A stretch of 64,000 nt of DNA from an uncultured Gemmatimonas sp. (GCA_964619465.1 CAZUES010000021.1:2510-66509), one strand, 5' to 3'; counted from the first letter of the stretch, positions 26,235-36,311 are shown. Program-made: numbers and translations. The notes: generated by a model from the letters alone, not told the origin.

Positions 26235-26789
26235 TCGGTCGAGGCGGCCCCCATGCCTGCCTGTTGATTTGGCGCCGCCCCGATCGAACGGGCACAGTCG
26301 CAATTGGCTGGCGAGCTCGAGCAGCGAGATGGCCGAGGATCCCCCGAGTTTTTTGATGACCCCAACGCCTCGAAAGATCTCTGATGAGGCGGCCTCTAAA
26401 AATCGCCGAGCCTTGAGCGCTCGTCGCTGGTGTAATCCAGATCTCCCAATGGATACCCATTGATCGCCCCCTCGGAAGGTCTGATGCCCAGCTTGGGGGA
26501 CGAGCGGACAGACACGAGGGGCGGATGGATTAGTTCGCTCGCCGCCTTCTAGCTAACCTATCAGTATCTGATCCTCACGTGTAACTCCGACGCCGTTTTG
26601 CGGAGTAGGCCCCCGGGCCACGCACCAAGCACACGCGCCGATTCGGTAGCTGTGGAGCGGGACGGTCGACGCTGGCCACGCGTCGACCCGAATACCGCAC
26701 CTTGGCACGCCTGAGGAGCAGCGCTTCGCCTCTGCCGACGACGTGGCATCCGCGGCGGGCTCGTCACCTTCAACGCAAGGATTCGAACC

Positions 26790-29700
26790 ATGAAGCACCA
26801 GCTTCGTTGGATCGGAGCGCTCTGGGCCCTCGTGGCCGCGGCGCCTCCGCTCGCCGGCCAACAGACTTCGGGAACGGTTTCTGGAACCGTGACGGATCAA
26901 GCGACCGGCCAGCCGCTGGCCGACGCGCGGATCAGCGTGGCCGGATCGGTACTCCACAGCACGACCGACACCCGCGGCAGCTACCGAATTGTCAACGTAC
27001 CGATCGGCCAGGTCACCCTCTCTGTTCGCCGGATCGGCTATCGCGGCGGCGACCAGACGGTGACGCTGGCCGCCGGCCAGACGGCCACTGCCAACTTTGC
27101 GCTCACCGCATCGGTGATCACGCTGGATGAAGTGATCGTCTCGGGCACGGCCGGCGACACTCGGCGTAGCGCGCAGGCCGCCGCGGTCGCGGAAATCGGC
27201 GTGACGGACATCGCCCGCACCGCGCCGATCCGGACCTTCGCCGAGATCCTGCAAGGGCGTGTGCCTGGTGTGCAGGTGAGCGCGGGCTCCGGCACATCCG
27301 GCGTCGCATCGCAGATCCGGATCCGCGGCGGTGCGTCGCTCTCGCTCTCGAACGAGCCGCTCATCATCATCGACGGCGTCATGGTCGCCAACACCAACCC
27401 GTCGCAGTACGGGGTAGGTGGGCAGGGCTCCTCGCGACTGAGCGAGCTCGACCCCAAGGAGATCGAGTCGATGGAGGTCGTGAAAGGTCCGGCGGCGAGC
27501 GCCCTCTACGGCGCCGATGCCGCGGCCGGCGTGATCCAGATCATCACCAAGCGCGGACGGATTGGCAGCAACCGGTTCTCGCAGGAAGTCGGCCTCGAGT
27601 ATCACTCCATCGGCGCCAATTTCCGGCCGCTCGACAACTTCGGACTCTGCACCGCAGCGGCCTCGGCGCCGACCAGCCCGAATCCGCTGTGTCGGGGGAA
27701 GGCGGTCGGCACGTTGGTGAGCGACAATCCGCTCGAACGCTCCAACGCGCTGCGCACCGGCGATACTAAAGGCATCTCCTGGAGCGGCTCCGGCGGCAAC
27801 GGCACCAACTTCGGCTACTTCCTGCACGGCGGCTACGAGACGGAACGCGGCACCACGCTCAACAACGCGTTCGACCGCCGCAACGGGCGCGTGAACCTGA
27901 ACTGGACACCTTCCTCCAAGCTGACGCTCAACGCCAGCGTCGGGATGAACCGGGCCGACATCTTCCTACCGCAGAACGACAACAACGTCTACGGCTGGCT
28001 GGGTGGTAGTCACCTCGGCTCGCCGCTCACGCGCGACGATGTCTCGCCCGAAACGTCGGCCGACGGCTGGTTCGGTGCCGCCCGGCATGTCGCGGCCATC
28101 GCGGCGATCGAGAATCACCGTCAGACCCACCGGACCATCACCTCGTTTCAGGCCAACTTCGTACCGACCGCATGGTGGAGCAACCGCCTGACCGTGGGTG
28201 CCGACTGGATCCGGGATCAGCAGAGCGAATTCTTCCCGAAAAACTCTATCGGCATGTACCAGGGCACTTTGAATACGGGGCAGATCCGCGAGCTGCGCAA
28301 CGGCGAAGAGCGCTACACGGTCGACTACCTGAGCGATATCCGCCTCAGCACCGGCCGGCACCTTGCGCACAATCTTTCGGCCGGGCTCCAGCTGGTCGAC
28401 CGCCGTTTCGACCAGATTCTAACTACTGGTCTTGGCCTCACGGTCAACAGCAACAACACGGTAGGATCCGCCGCGAGCCAGAGCGCCGACCAGGACTATA
28501 TCCGGAGCAAATCGGTAGGCTTCTTCGGTCAGTGGCAGACGACGTTCAATGACCGCCTCACGCTCAACGTCGGCGCCCGGATGGACGCCAATTCCTCGTT
28601 CGGTAATACCTCGGAGTGGTTCTTCCTGCCCAAGGCCGGTATCTCGTACGTGATCTCGCAGGAGCCCTGGTGGGATCTCGGATTCGTCAACACGTTGCGG
28701 TTGCGGGCTGCGTACGGCGTGTCGGGTCGGGCGCCGAACGCGGGGGCGTCGCTCACGACACTCGATGCCTTGCCGTACGTCACCACGGCGGGCGCGGTGG
28801 AGCCCGGCGCCATCCTGCAGAATCCGGGTAACGACAGCCTCAAAGCGGAACGCGGCGAAGAGTTTGAATTCGGCTTCGACGCTGGCTTCCTGAATGATCG
28901 GGTCGGGCTCGAGGTCACCTACTACGCCAAGACGTCCAAGGATCTGTTGTTGCAACGCCCGTTGCCTGGCTCGCTCGGGTACACGCAGAACCCCTTCGTC
29001 AACATCGGCGCGCTCAAGAACAAAGGACTCGAGGTGGCCTTCACAGCCCAGCCGATCACCTCGCGCAATCTGAGCTGGGATCTCCGCATCGGGTTTTCGA
29101 CGCTCGACAGCAAGATCACCGACATGGGCGGGGTTGCTCCGTTCGGAACGACCAACCGCTTCATGGAGGGCGAGCAGCCCGGCGTCTTCGTCGGCAACCG
29201 GATCCGGACTATCGATGAGGCGAGCGGCGTCGTGATCGTCTCCGACGATCTCGAGCCGATCGGTAACCTGGCCCCGTCGTACGAGGGCAATATCTCGTCC
29301 AACCTGACGTTGTTCGGAAACCTTCGACTCTATGCGTCGCTCGACGGGAAGGGCGATTTCTATATCCTCAACCAGACGGCCCATTTCCGCGAGACCCAGT
29401 CGCTCCGGAGCGACAATCGGCTCGACCCGACCAAGCTGTCGCGCCTGGAGCGACTCCGCCGGTACGGGAACGACGCCACTGGCCAGCCCGCGTTCGTACG
29501 CGAAGGCGTCAAACCCGGCTTCCCCGCTACTGCCACCGTCAACGAAGTGCGTGACGGCTTCATCGAGCAAGGCGACTTCCTCAAACTGCGTGAGGTTTCG
29601 CTCACCTACACTCTGCCGACCACCCTGGCATCGGCGATCAGCGCGTCGGGCGCCAGCGTCACGCTGGCCGGGCAGAACCTGGCGCTCTGGACCAAATACT

Positions 29701-29825
29701 CGGGCTTCGACCCCGAGGTCATCTCGAACGTCATCGGAACGGGCTTCAACTCGTTCTCGCGGACCGACTTCCTGACCATGCCGCCCACCCGGCGGTTCCT
29801 GGTTCGTCTCAACCTGCAGTTCTAA
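26790..29825 (+). CDS. SusC/RagA-family TonB-dependent outer-membrane transporter
   Basis: Signal peptide; carboxypeptidase-regulatory-like domain (GTVSGTVTDQATGQPLADARISV...SYRIVNVPIGQVTLSVRRIGY); plug (EIESMEVVKGPAASALYGADAAAGVIQIITKRG); 1011 aa; terminal aromatic ...RLNLQF. Confidence 0.9.
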   Translation: MKHQLRWIGALWALVAAAPPLAGQQTSGTVSGTVTDQATGQPLADARISVAGSVLHSTTDTRGSYRIVNVPIGQVTLSVRRIGYRGGDQTVTLAAGQTATANFALTASVITLDEVIVSGTAGDTRRSAQAAAVAEIGVTDIARTAPIRTFAEILQGRVPGVQVSAGSGTSGVASQIRIRGGASLSLSNEPLIIIDGVMVANTNPSQYGVGGQGSSRLSELDPKEIESMEVVKGPAASALYGADAAAGVIQIITKRGRIGSNRFSQEVGLEYHSIGANFRPLDNFGLCTAAASAPTSPNPLCRGKAVGTLVSDNPLERSNALRTGDTKGISWSGSGGNGTNFGYFLHGGYETERGTTLNNAFDRRNGRVNLNWTPSSKLTLNASVGMNRADIFLPQNDNNVYGWLGGSHLGSPLTRDDVSPETSADGWFGAARHVAAIAAIENHRQTHRTITSFQANFVPTAWWSNRLTVGADWIRDQQSEFFPKNSIGMYQGTLNTGQIRELRNGEERYTVDYLSDIRLSTGRHLAHNLSAGLQLVDRRFDQILTTGLGLTVNSNNTVGSAASQSADQDYIRSKSVGFFGQWQTTFNDRLTLNVGARMDANSSFGNTSEWFFLPKAGISYVISQEPWWDLGFVNTLRLRAAYGVSGRAPNAGASLTTLDALPYVTTAGAVEPGAILQNPGNDSLKAERGEEFEFGFDAGFLNDRVGLEVTYYAKTSKDLLLQRPLPGSLGYTQNPFVNIGALKNKGLEVAFTAQPITSRNLSWDLRIGFSTLDSKITDMGGVAPFGTTNRFMEGEQPGVFVGNRIRTIDEASGVVIVSDDLEPIGNLAPSYEGNISSNLTLFGNLRLYASLDGKGDFYILNQTAHFRETQSLRSDNRLDPTKLSRLERLRRYGNDATGQPAFVREGVKPGFPATATVNEVRDGFIEQGDFLKLREVSLTYTLPTTLASAISASGASVTLAGQNLALWTKYSGFDPEVISNVIGTGFNSFSRTDFLTMPPTRRFLVRLNLQF

Positions 29826-29843
29826 CCAGGAGATCTCACACTC

Positions 29844-31100
29844 ATGTCTCGTCTTTCGACGATCATCCGCATGCTCGTAATCGCTGCTCTCAGCATCGGC
29901 GCGGGCGCGTGTACCGAATATCTTCAGGTCGAGAACCCCACAGTGATCGACATCAACGTCACCAATCCGGCCGAGGATGCGCCGATCCTCGCCAGCTCCG
30001 CGGTGCAGTCGTTTGTCGCGTCGTACGGCTGGATGGTCATGTACTCCGGATGGTTCAGCGGCGAATCCGATGTGTCGGAAACCTTTCCGACTCGAAATGA
30101 GTTCGGCCGGCGGGCGGTCGATCCGACCAATCTCAGCCATCGCGACGATGTCTGGAACCCGCTCCATCAGGGCATCGCCCAGGCATATTTGGTGCTCGGG
30201 CTCGACCTGCCCAACGCTGCGTCCAACATCGCCTACGTGCGCTCTCACCACGCCTTGGCCTGGTCGTACCTGCAGATGGCCGAACACTTCTGCTCGGGCG
30301 TGGTGATCAGCGGTCCCGAGCTGTCGACCGCGCAGATGCTGGACTCCGCGATTGCCCACTTCACGGCCGCCAACACGCAGGGCATGGCCGTCGGTGGCGC
30401 GGAAGCGACCGGCATCGCGAATGCCGCGATTCTCGGCCGCGCGAGGGCCGGGCTCCAGGCCGGCAACAAAGCCGCGGCCCTGACCGACGCCAACGCGGTC
30501 GCGGCAGGGTTCGTCTTCAACGCCACATACTTCGACGACCTGGCCAACCGCACGCGGCTCAGCAATCGGATCTGGCAGTTCATCGCGGATCGCGGGTCCA
30601 ATGCCGTCCCTCCGGCCTATCGCGTCGATGATCCCCGGCTCCCGTGGCGGGTCGCGCCCTCCAATTTGCTCCCGCAGGACGTCGCGTACGCCACAGATCG
30701 CGGCATGCCCTACGCGATCCAGAACAAGTACTCCGGCTTTGCATCGCCGATACGCCTCGCCTCCAGGCTCGAGGCCGACTACATCGCGGCCGAAGCGACG
30801 GGCAGCGCCGCGATGCTCGACCTGATCCAGGCTCGCCGAGCCGCCAATGATCAGCCGACATACAGTGGCAACACGGATGACGCCAGCGTGTTAACCGAGT
30901 TCGAGGAGCAGCGCGCCGTGGAGTTCTATCTGGAAGGGAAGCGCTTGGGCGACATGCGGCGGAACGGCGCCGCCGTCCGGAACGTTCCTGTTACGGGAAG
31001 CACGTATTGGAAGCCCGGCTTCGCGCCCGTCGGCAACCAGACCTGCTACCCCATCCCGAAGACCGAGCGGGACAACAATCCAAATCTCGGAGAGATCTGA
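29844..31100 (+). CDS. SusD/RagB-family outer-membrane lipoprotein
   Basis: Begins 18 nt after susC. Lipobox LSIGAGACTE. The alpha-helical TPR-like body and the C-terminal block EQRAVEFYLEGKRLGDMRR are typical of the family. Confidence 0.8.
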   Translation: MSRLSTIIRMLVIAALSIGAGACTEYLQVENPTVIDINVTNPAEDAPILASSAVQSFVASYGWMVMYSGWFSGESDVSETFPTRNEFGRRAVDPTNLSHRDDVWNPLHQGIAQAYLVLGLDLPNAASNIAYVRSHHALAWSYLQMAEHFCSGVVISGPELSTAQMLDSAIAHFTAANTQGMAVGGAEATGIANAAILGRARAGLQAGNKAAALTDANAVAAGFVFNATYFDDLANRTRLSNRIWQFIADRGSNAVPPAYRVDDPRLPWRVAPSNLLPQDVAYATDRGMPYAIQNKYSGFASPIRLASRLEADYIAAEATGSAAMLDLIQARRAANDQPTYSGNTDDASVLTEFEEQRAVEFYLEGKRLGDMRRNGAAVRNVPVTGSTYWKPGFAPVGNQTCYPIPKTERDNNPNLGEI

Positions 31101-31124
31101 TCTTCACCTTGCCAAGCTAGTGAG

Positions 31125-31161
31125 CGACGGGGAGCCTGTCCGGCTCCCCGTCGGCTTTGGT
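31125..31161 (+). terminator. Probable intrinsic terminator after susD
   Basis: A 12-bp perfect stem CGACGGGGAGCC / GGCTCCCCGTCG with a 5-nt loop, followed by GCTTTGGT (a weak U-tract). Confidence 0.5.
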
Positions 31162-31292
31162 GCACGCAGCCGTTGGCGTCGAGATGCATTGCACAGCTGA
31201 TACATCGCCGATTGGGCGTGGCAACGCGGCGGCGGCGCGTGACGTTGATGCTGCGCGCCGCAGGGGGCGTTGCGGGCCCTCCTGACCTGACA

Positions 31293-33809
31293 TCATTCGG
31301 CCCGGAGCGCTTCGGTCGGTGGGACACGAGCGGCTCGGCGGGCAGGCAGGTAGCCGGCTGCCATGGCGACCCCTGCGATAACCAGGGCAGCCCCGCCAAA
31401 GGCCAGCAGGTCGAACGATGCGAGCCCGAACAGCAGTGATTGGGCGGCTCGGCCGATGACAAAAGCTGCAGCCAGACCAAGGACGCTGCCGATTGCCGTC
31501 ATGATGCCGACCTGGCGGACGATGAGGGCCTGTACTCGTCCGGCGTCGGCACCCAGCGCGATCCGTACCCCGATTTCACGGGTGCGGAGCGTCACGTTGT
31601 ACGCCAGCACGCCATACAGTCCGACGGCAGCAAGCAGCGTGGCGAGAAAACCGAACGCGGTCGAAAGCGTCGTGATCATCCGGTCGAGATAGACGTTGTC
31701 GCGCGCCTGCTGCTCCATCGTCCTGAGTTCGGTGACGGGCAGGTCGGGTGCCAGTTTGGCAACGAGCGGCGGTACGGCACGCAGCACCGGCACCGGAGAG
31801 CCGGAACTGCGGGCGTAAAACACCAGCCGGCCGGCGAGTGTATCCTGATGCACCGCCCGGAAAATCAACGGCCGAGGGTCGGCCTTGACGTTGTCGTACG
31901 CGGCGTTCTGAACCAGGCCAATGATCTGATACCAGGTTACCTGGGCGTCCGGCGCACGCGAGAGGCGGTTGCCGAAGGAGACACGTCGCCCGATCACCTC
32001 GTTGCCGAGTTTGAACTTCCGGGCGAACTCCTCATTGACGACTACCACGCGTGGGGCCCCTGCGTCGTCCGCGGTCGTGAATTCGCGACCCATCAGCACG
32101 CTGGTGCCGAGCGTCTTGAAGTAGTCGGGGCCAACCCAGTTGCTGCGGCTGTTGACGTCGGTATCGGGAGTGACTTCGAACCCTTCGATATCGACGTCAT
32201 TCCCGTTGCTCCACCCGACCAGTATCGGCACCTGGGCCGACGTCACGCCGGTAACCCCGGGGATGCCCGCCAGCGCGGTTTCGACCTGGCGGAACAGGTT
32301 GCGACGCTCGACCGGTGTGTAGCCCATCTGGATCGGCGACAGGGCGAATGACACCACGTTTTCGGTGCGGACGCCGAGTTCGACCCGATTGACGTTGATC
32401 AGGCTGCGAAGGAAGAGGCCGGCTGCGCAGAGCAGGGCCATCGAAAGGCCGATCTGCGCTGTGACCAGGGCGCCGCGGAAGCGCGTAGCGCGCCGGGTGC
32501 CGGCGTTGCGTCCGGAATTGGCTTTGATCACGCCCAGCAGGTCGGCGCGGGTGGCCTGCAGCGCGGGGAGCAATCCGAAGATGAAGGTGGTGCCGAGGGA
32601 AAGGGCTCCCGCAAACAGCAGGACCGATCCGTCCATCCCAAGCTCCATGCTGCGGGTCACTTCTGCCGGCAGCAAAGAGATGATCAAACCGAGGGTTGCC
32701 TGGGCCACGACGAGACTGGCCCCGCCGGCGACGACAGCCAGGATGGCCGATTCGGTCAGCAGCTGGCCCACCAGTTGCCCTCTTTGCGCGCCAAGCGATG
32801 ACCGGATCGCCATCTCGGCCGAACGGTTGGCGGCGCGGGCCAGCAGCAGATTGGCCACGTTGGTACAGGCCACCAGCAGGACGATACCGGTCACCACCAG
32901 CAGCAGCATCAAGGGGGTGGTGGTCTGGGCGTGGATCGTACTCTGTCCCTGATGGCCCGGTTCGACCTGAACGACTTTGGCTTTGAACCGGTTCATCAGG
33001 TCGTCGGAGACGCCCACCAGCTGGGGTGCTTCGATCTCGCGGATGATCGGCTGATAGATGCTGTTGAGGTGTCGCGCCGCTGCCTCCGGCGTGCCGCCGG
33101 CTGCGAGTCGACCGAAGACGTAGAGCCAGTAATTGTTCCGTTGCTCGTAGAAGCCGAGCCAGCCGGTCAGAATCCGCGACATCGTGATCGGCGCGAAGAT
33201 TCGAGGACGGACACTGAGTGTGGTTCCCTCGAACCCTTCGGGCCCGACACCGACGATCGTCATGCTTTCGCCGTTGACCAGGATAGTCTGGTCGAGCACG
33301 GAAGGATCCGAGCCAAGTTCGTTGGTCCAATAGCGGTGGCTGAGCACGACGATCGGATGGCCGCCGACGGTACGATCGTCTTCGGGGCCCAGCAGGCGGC
33401 CCAAAGCGGGTCGGAGGCCGAGCACCGTGAAGTAGGATCCGGAGACGAGCATGCCGTCTCCGCTGACGGTTTTATTCCGGAACGACAGGTCGGCGCCGAT
33501 GGTCCGATGCGCGGCTATACCCGCCAGGGCCGTCTGATCCTTCTCCAGATCCCGATACATGGGATAGCTGAAGATGACGGCGCAGCCTCCTGCCTGGCTG
33601 CAGCTCTGCGACCCCGGGTTGGGGCCCTGCGCGTGGATGTTGACCAGTTGTGACGGCTGATTGACCGGAAGCGAACGCAGCAGCAGCCGCTGGATCAACG
33701 AGAAGATGGCCGTATTCGCGCCGATACCGAGGGCCAGTGACGCGATGGCAACGCCCGTCACGAACGGAGTGCGGATCAGAGTACGGACGGCAAGTTTCAG
33801 ATCGGGCAT
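31293..33809 (-). CDS. ADOP-family duplicated MacB/FtsX-type ABC permease (no adjacent ATPase)
   Basis: N-terminus MPDLKLAVRTLIRTPFVTGVAIASLALGIGANTAIFSLI. Two MacB periplasmic-domain plus FtsX 4-TM halves in 838 aa. Confidence 0.85.
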   Translation of the reverse strand: MPDLKLAVRTLIRTPFVTGVAIASLALGIGANTAIFSLIQRLLLRSLPVNQPSQLVNIHAQGPNPGSQSCSQAGGCAVIFSYPMYRDLEKDQTALAGIAAHRTIGADLSFRNKTVSGDGMLVSGSYFTVLGLRPALGRLLGPEDDRTVGGHPIVVLSHRYWTNELGSDPSVLDQTILVNGESMTIVGVGPEGFEGTTLSVRPRIFAPITMSRILTGWLGFYEQRNNYWLYVFGRLAAGGTPEAAARHLNSIYQPIIREIEAPQLVGVSDDLMNRFKAKVVQVEPGHQGQSTIHAQTTTPLMLLLVVTGIVLLVACTNVANLLLARAANRSAEMAIRSSLGAQRGQLVGQLLTESAILAVVAGGASLVVAQATLGLIISLLPAEVTRSMELGMDGSVLLFAGALSLGTTFIFGLLPALQATRADLLGVIKANSGRNAGTRRATRFRGALVTAQIGLSMALLCAAGLFLRSLINVNRVELGVRTENVVSFALSPIQMGYTPVERRNLFRQVETALAGIPGVTGVTSAQVPILVGWSNGNDVDIEGFEVTPDTDVNSRSNWVGPDYFKTLGTSVLMGREFTTADDAGAPRVVVVNEEFARKFKLGNEVIGRRVSFGNRLSRAPDAQVTWYQIIGLVQNAAYDNVKADPRPLIFRAVHQDTLAGRLVFYARSSGSPVPVLRAVPPLVAKLAPDLPVTELRTMEQQARDNVYLDRMITTLSTAFGFLATLLAAVGLYGVLAYNVTLRTREIGVRIALGADAGRVQALIVRQVGIMTAIGSVLGLAAAFVIGRAAQSLLFGLASFDLLAFGGAALVIAGVAMAAGYLPARRAARVPPTEALRAE

Positions 33810-33893
33810 GTGGTCTACCAGTCAGCGGAGAACGTCGGACCTGACTCCGCTTAGACTCCATCCTGATCGAAAACGTTGCTTGCTGCCGGAACC

Positions 33894-34397
33894 TCAGCCC
33901 GGCGGCTTGACCGTCACTACCGAAATCTTGCTGATTTGCCGGACCCAGCGTGCCGCACGCTTCTCCTCGGGCACGACCAGACGCCACGGTCCGGCTTCGG
34001 AGTCCAGGGGCTTACCGTCCCTCCGGTCGACCAGGAGGACCTGCTTCTCGCGAAAACCGGTGTCGAGTTCGGCGAGGGCAAAGACTGCCCGATAGCCGTC
34101 CCGGGCCTCGATCAGCACCACCTGGGCCAGCCGCGGACCCCGAACCGTGTTACCGAGCACCACACCGGCCAGTTTGAGCACGTCGGTCAGATCGACCCCC
34201 TCATACCGGGCGGCGCCTCCGTGATCGGTCGCGGTGACGTGGTGGCGGGGCAGGGCAGCCAGTTCTTTCGCCGTGACGGTGATCGGATTCGGAACCTCGC
34301 CGCCGATGGTGATGGTGGCGTCCTGGGCGGCGGATGGGGCGGCTGCCAGCAAAAGAACGGCAGTCGTCGTCAACAACCGGGCAATGGTACGTTGCAT
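33894..34397 (-). CDS. Small secreted molybdopterin-binding (Oxidored_molyb-like) domain protein
   Basis: ATG at 34397. Signal peptide MQRTIARLLTTTAVLLLAAAPSAAQ. Domain text: VTAKELAALP...YEGVDLTDVLKLAGV...VLIEARDGYRAVFALAEL. Confidence 0.6.
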   Translation of the reverse strand: MQRTIARLLTTTAVLLLAAAPSAAQDATITIGGEVPNPITVTAKELAALPRHHVTATDHGGAARYEGVDLTDVLKLAGVVLGNTVRGPRLAQVVLIEARDGYRAVFALAELDTGFREKQVLLVDRRDGKPLDSEAGPWRLVVPEEKRAARWVRQISKISVVTVKPPG

Positions 34398-34521
34398 GGG
34401 CGTGTAACCGTGCGATTGAGAGGGTTGGCAGCTTCCGGAGGAGAGTAACCCGCGGTCCGGCTTGACCGCAATGCGCGGTGCCGGCATACTCCGCCCGCCT
34501 GCGGGGCCTCTCCTGCCGGGC

Positions 34522-35793
34522 ATGCCATTTCGAGGTAGCGACGTTGTGACTCTTATACCCGCTGATGTCCTGGCCGCTCGCGATCGCCTGCGCGACGCGG
34601 TATTGCGTACCCCCTGTGTCGCATCGCCGGCGCTCAGTGCGCTGACGGGAATCGATATCCACCTCAAGCTCGAGTATCTCCAGCGGACCGGCAGCTTCAA
34701 AGAGCGGGGCGCCTGCAATGCGCTGCTCCTGCTCGACGAAGCCACTCGGCGCCGCGGCGTGATCGCGGCCTCGGCCGGGAACCACGCGCTGGCCCTGGCC
34801 TATCACGGCAAGCGGCTGGGCATCCCGGTGACCGTCGTGATGCCGGTGCATGCGCCGCTCATCAAGCAGACCCGCTGCCGCTCGATGGGGGCGGAAGTCA
34901 TCCTGCTGGGCGATACCATCGCCGACGCCAAGGTTGAGGCCGAGCGGATCCTGGCGGCGAGGGGTTTGAGCTATGTGCACGGCTTCGACGGCCTGGAGGT
35001 GATAGCCGGGCAGGGCACGGTCGGGCTCGAAATTGCCGAGCAGGTGCCCGATGCCGATGCGATCGTCTGTCCGGTCGGCGGCGGGGGGCTGATTGCCGGG
35101 ATTGCGCTTGGGCTGGATGCGGTCGGCGCCCGGTTCGACCTGATCGGTGTGGAACCGGCCCGAGCCGCCAGCTACGAAGCGGCGTTGGCGGCAGGCGCCC
35201 CGGTCCGGATTGCCGTGAGCCCGACCCTGGCGGATGGTCTGGCCGTGCCGGAAGTCGGGCACAACGCGTTCGCGATTGCCAAGGACCGAGTCCGGCGAGT
35301 GGTTACGGTCGAAGAACGGAGTCTGGCATTGGCGGTACTCCGATTGGCCGAACTCGAAAAGGGCGTCGTCGAAGGGGCGGGGGCGTCCCCGCTCGCTGCG
35401 CTGATCGAGGGCCGGCTGCCGGAACTCCTCGGCAAGCGGGTGGTGCTGGTCTTGTGCGGCGGGAATATCGATCCGGCCGTACTCTGCCGGGTAATCGAGT
35501 TCGGACTGGTGGCCGACAGCCGGCTGGTGCAGTTCGTGGCGGTCATCTCGGATCGTCCGGGTGGGATGGCGGAGTTTGCCACCGTGGTGGCGTCGGTCGG
35601 GGCGAGCATCAAGCAGGTGGAGCACGACCGTGCTTTTGGCAGTGCGGACGTGTCGCGCGTGCGGGTGCTGTCGACCATCGAGATCCGCGATGCGGAGCAC
35701 CGGGATCGGCTCTTCGACGCGCTGCGCAAGAAGGGCATCGACGTCGAGCCGACCGCGTTTCAGGCGGAGCACGTCGCCCCGATCGCGACCTAA
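34522..35793 (+). CDS. ilvA: Threonine ammonia-lyase (threonine dehydratase), PLP-dependent, with a C-terminal ACT-like domain
   Basis: PLP-lysine motif LKLEYLQRTGSFKERGACNA and glycine loop VCPVGGGGLIAG. The start is ambiguous: 34522, 34471 or 34462. Confidence 0.8.
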   Translation: MPFRGSDVVTLIPADVLAARDRLRDAVLRTPCVASPALSALTGIDIHLKLEYLQRTGSFKERGACNALLLLDEATRRRGVIAASAGNHALALAYHGKRLGIPVTVVMPVHAPLIKQTRCRSMGAEVILLGDTIADAKVEAERILAARGLSYVHGFDGLEVIAGQGTVGLEIAEQVPDADAIVCPVGGGGLIAGIALGLDAVGARFDLIGVEPARAASYEAALAAGAPVRIAVSPTLADGLAVPEVGHNAFAIAKDRVRRVVTVEERSLALAVLRLAELEKGVVEGAGASPLAALIEGRLPELLGKRVVLVLCGGNIDPAVLCRVIEFGLVADSRLVQFVAVISDRPGGMAEFATVVASVGASIKQVEHDRAFGSADVSRVRVLSTIEIRDAEHRDRLFDALRKKGIDVEPTAFQAEHVAPIAT

Positions 35794-36311
35794 CGCAGCG
35801 GTGTCTCGCGCAGGCGAAGGCGCGTGTCATAGCTCCACCGGCGCACCTTGGTGATGCGGAGCGAAGCCGCGTCGGCGTGCTCCGGGTTGATCAGCAGGTT
35901 GGCCTCCTCCGGCACGATGACGGACGGTACCTCCGCGATCAGCGAGGCTCTGTCCCGAGCCCACCTGGTGCCCCAGGTGATCGAGACCATTCCCGGTGGC
36001 TCGGCATCCCACCCGACGTGGTTGTCAGCCTTGAAGAGGGTACGGGCCGACCAGGCGGCGGCGGGTACCTCGATGGCCACGAGATAGCGGTTGAGCGGCA
36101 AATCGTTTGCTTCGAGTTGAGCCAGGGTCTCCAGGCACGCGAGTCCGCGAGAGGTGGAGGCGTAAAGCAGCGGCGTGCCGCGTCGGTTCCAGCGTCCTCC
36201 GTAGCGGCGCGCGCCTGCGCCGGAAAGGTCGTCGGCGGTATGTCGCGGGGTATCGGCGCCGATCCGCCAGAGGGTGACGGGAGCCGGAACCGATACCCCC
36301 GCCACGATCAC
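35790..36311 (-). CDS. RES-domain toxin (MbcT/ParT class)
   Basis: RES signature: RYGGRWNRRGTPLLYASTSRGLACLE (Arg...Glu) and IAEVPSVIVPEEANLLINPEH (Ser). The GTG start overlaps the antitoxin stop (GTGA at 36308-36311). Confidence 0.85.
   Translation of the reverse strand: MIVAGVSVPAPVTLWRIGADTPRHTADDLSGAGARRYGGRWNRRGTPLLYASTSRGLACLETLAQLEANDLPLNRYLVAIEVPAAAWSARTLFKADNHVGWDAEPPGMVSITWGTRWARDRASLIAEVPSVIVPEEANLLINPEHADAASLRITKVRRWSYDTRLRLRETPLR

Noticed and set aside
26235-26789. A cobalamin or TPP riboswitch upstream of the TonB-dependent transporter gene.
   Set aside because: I could not find a B12 box (GCCACTG-like) or a TPP CTGAGA/ACCTGA core by eye. The question is left open in a finding and needs Infernal to settle.
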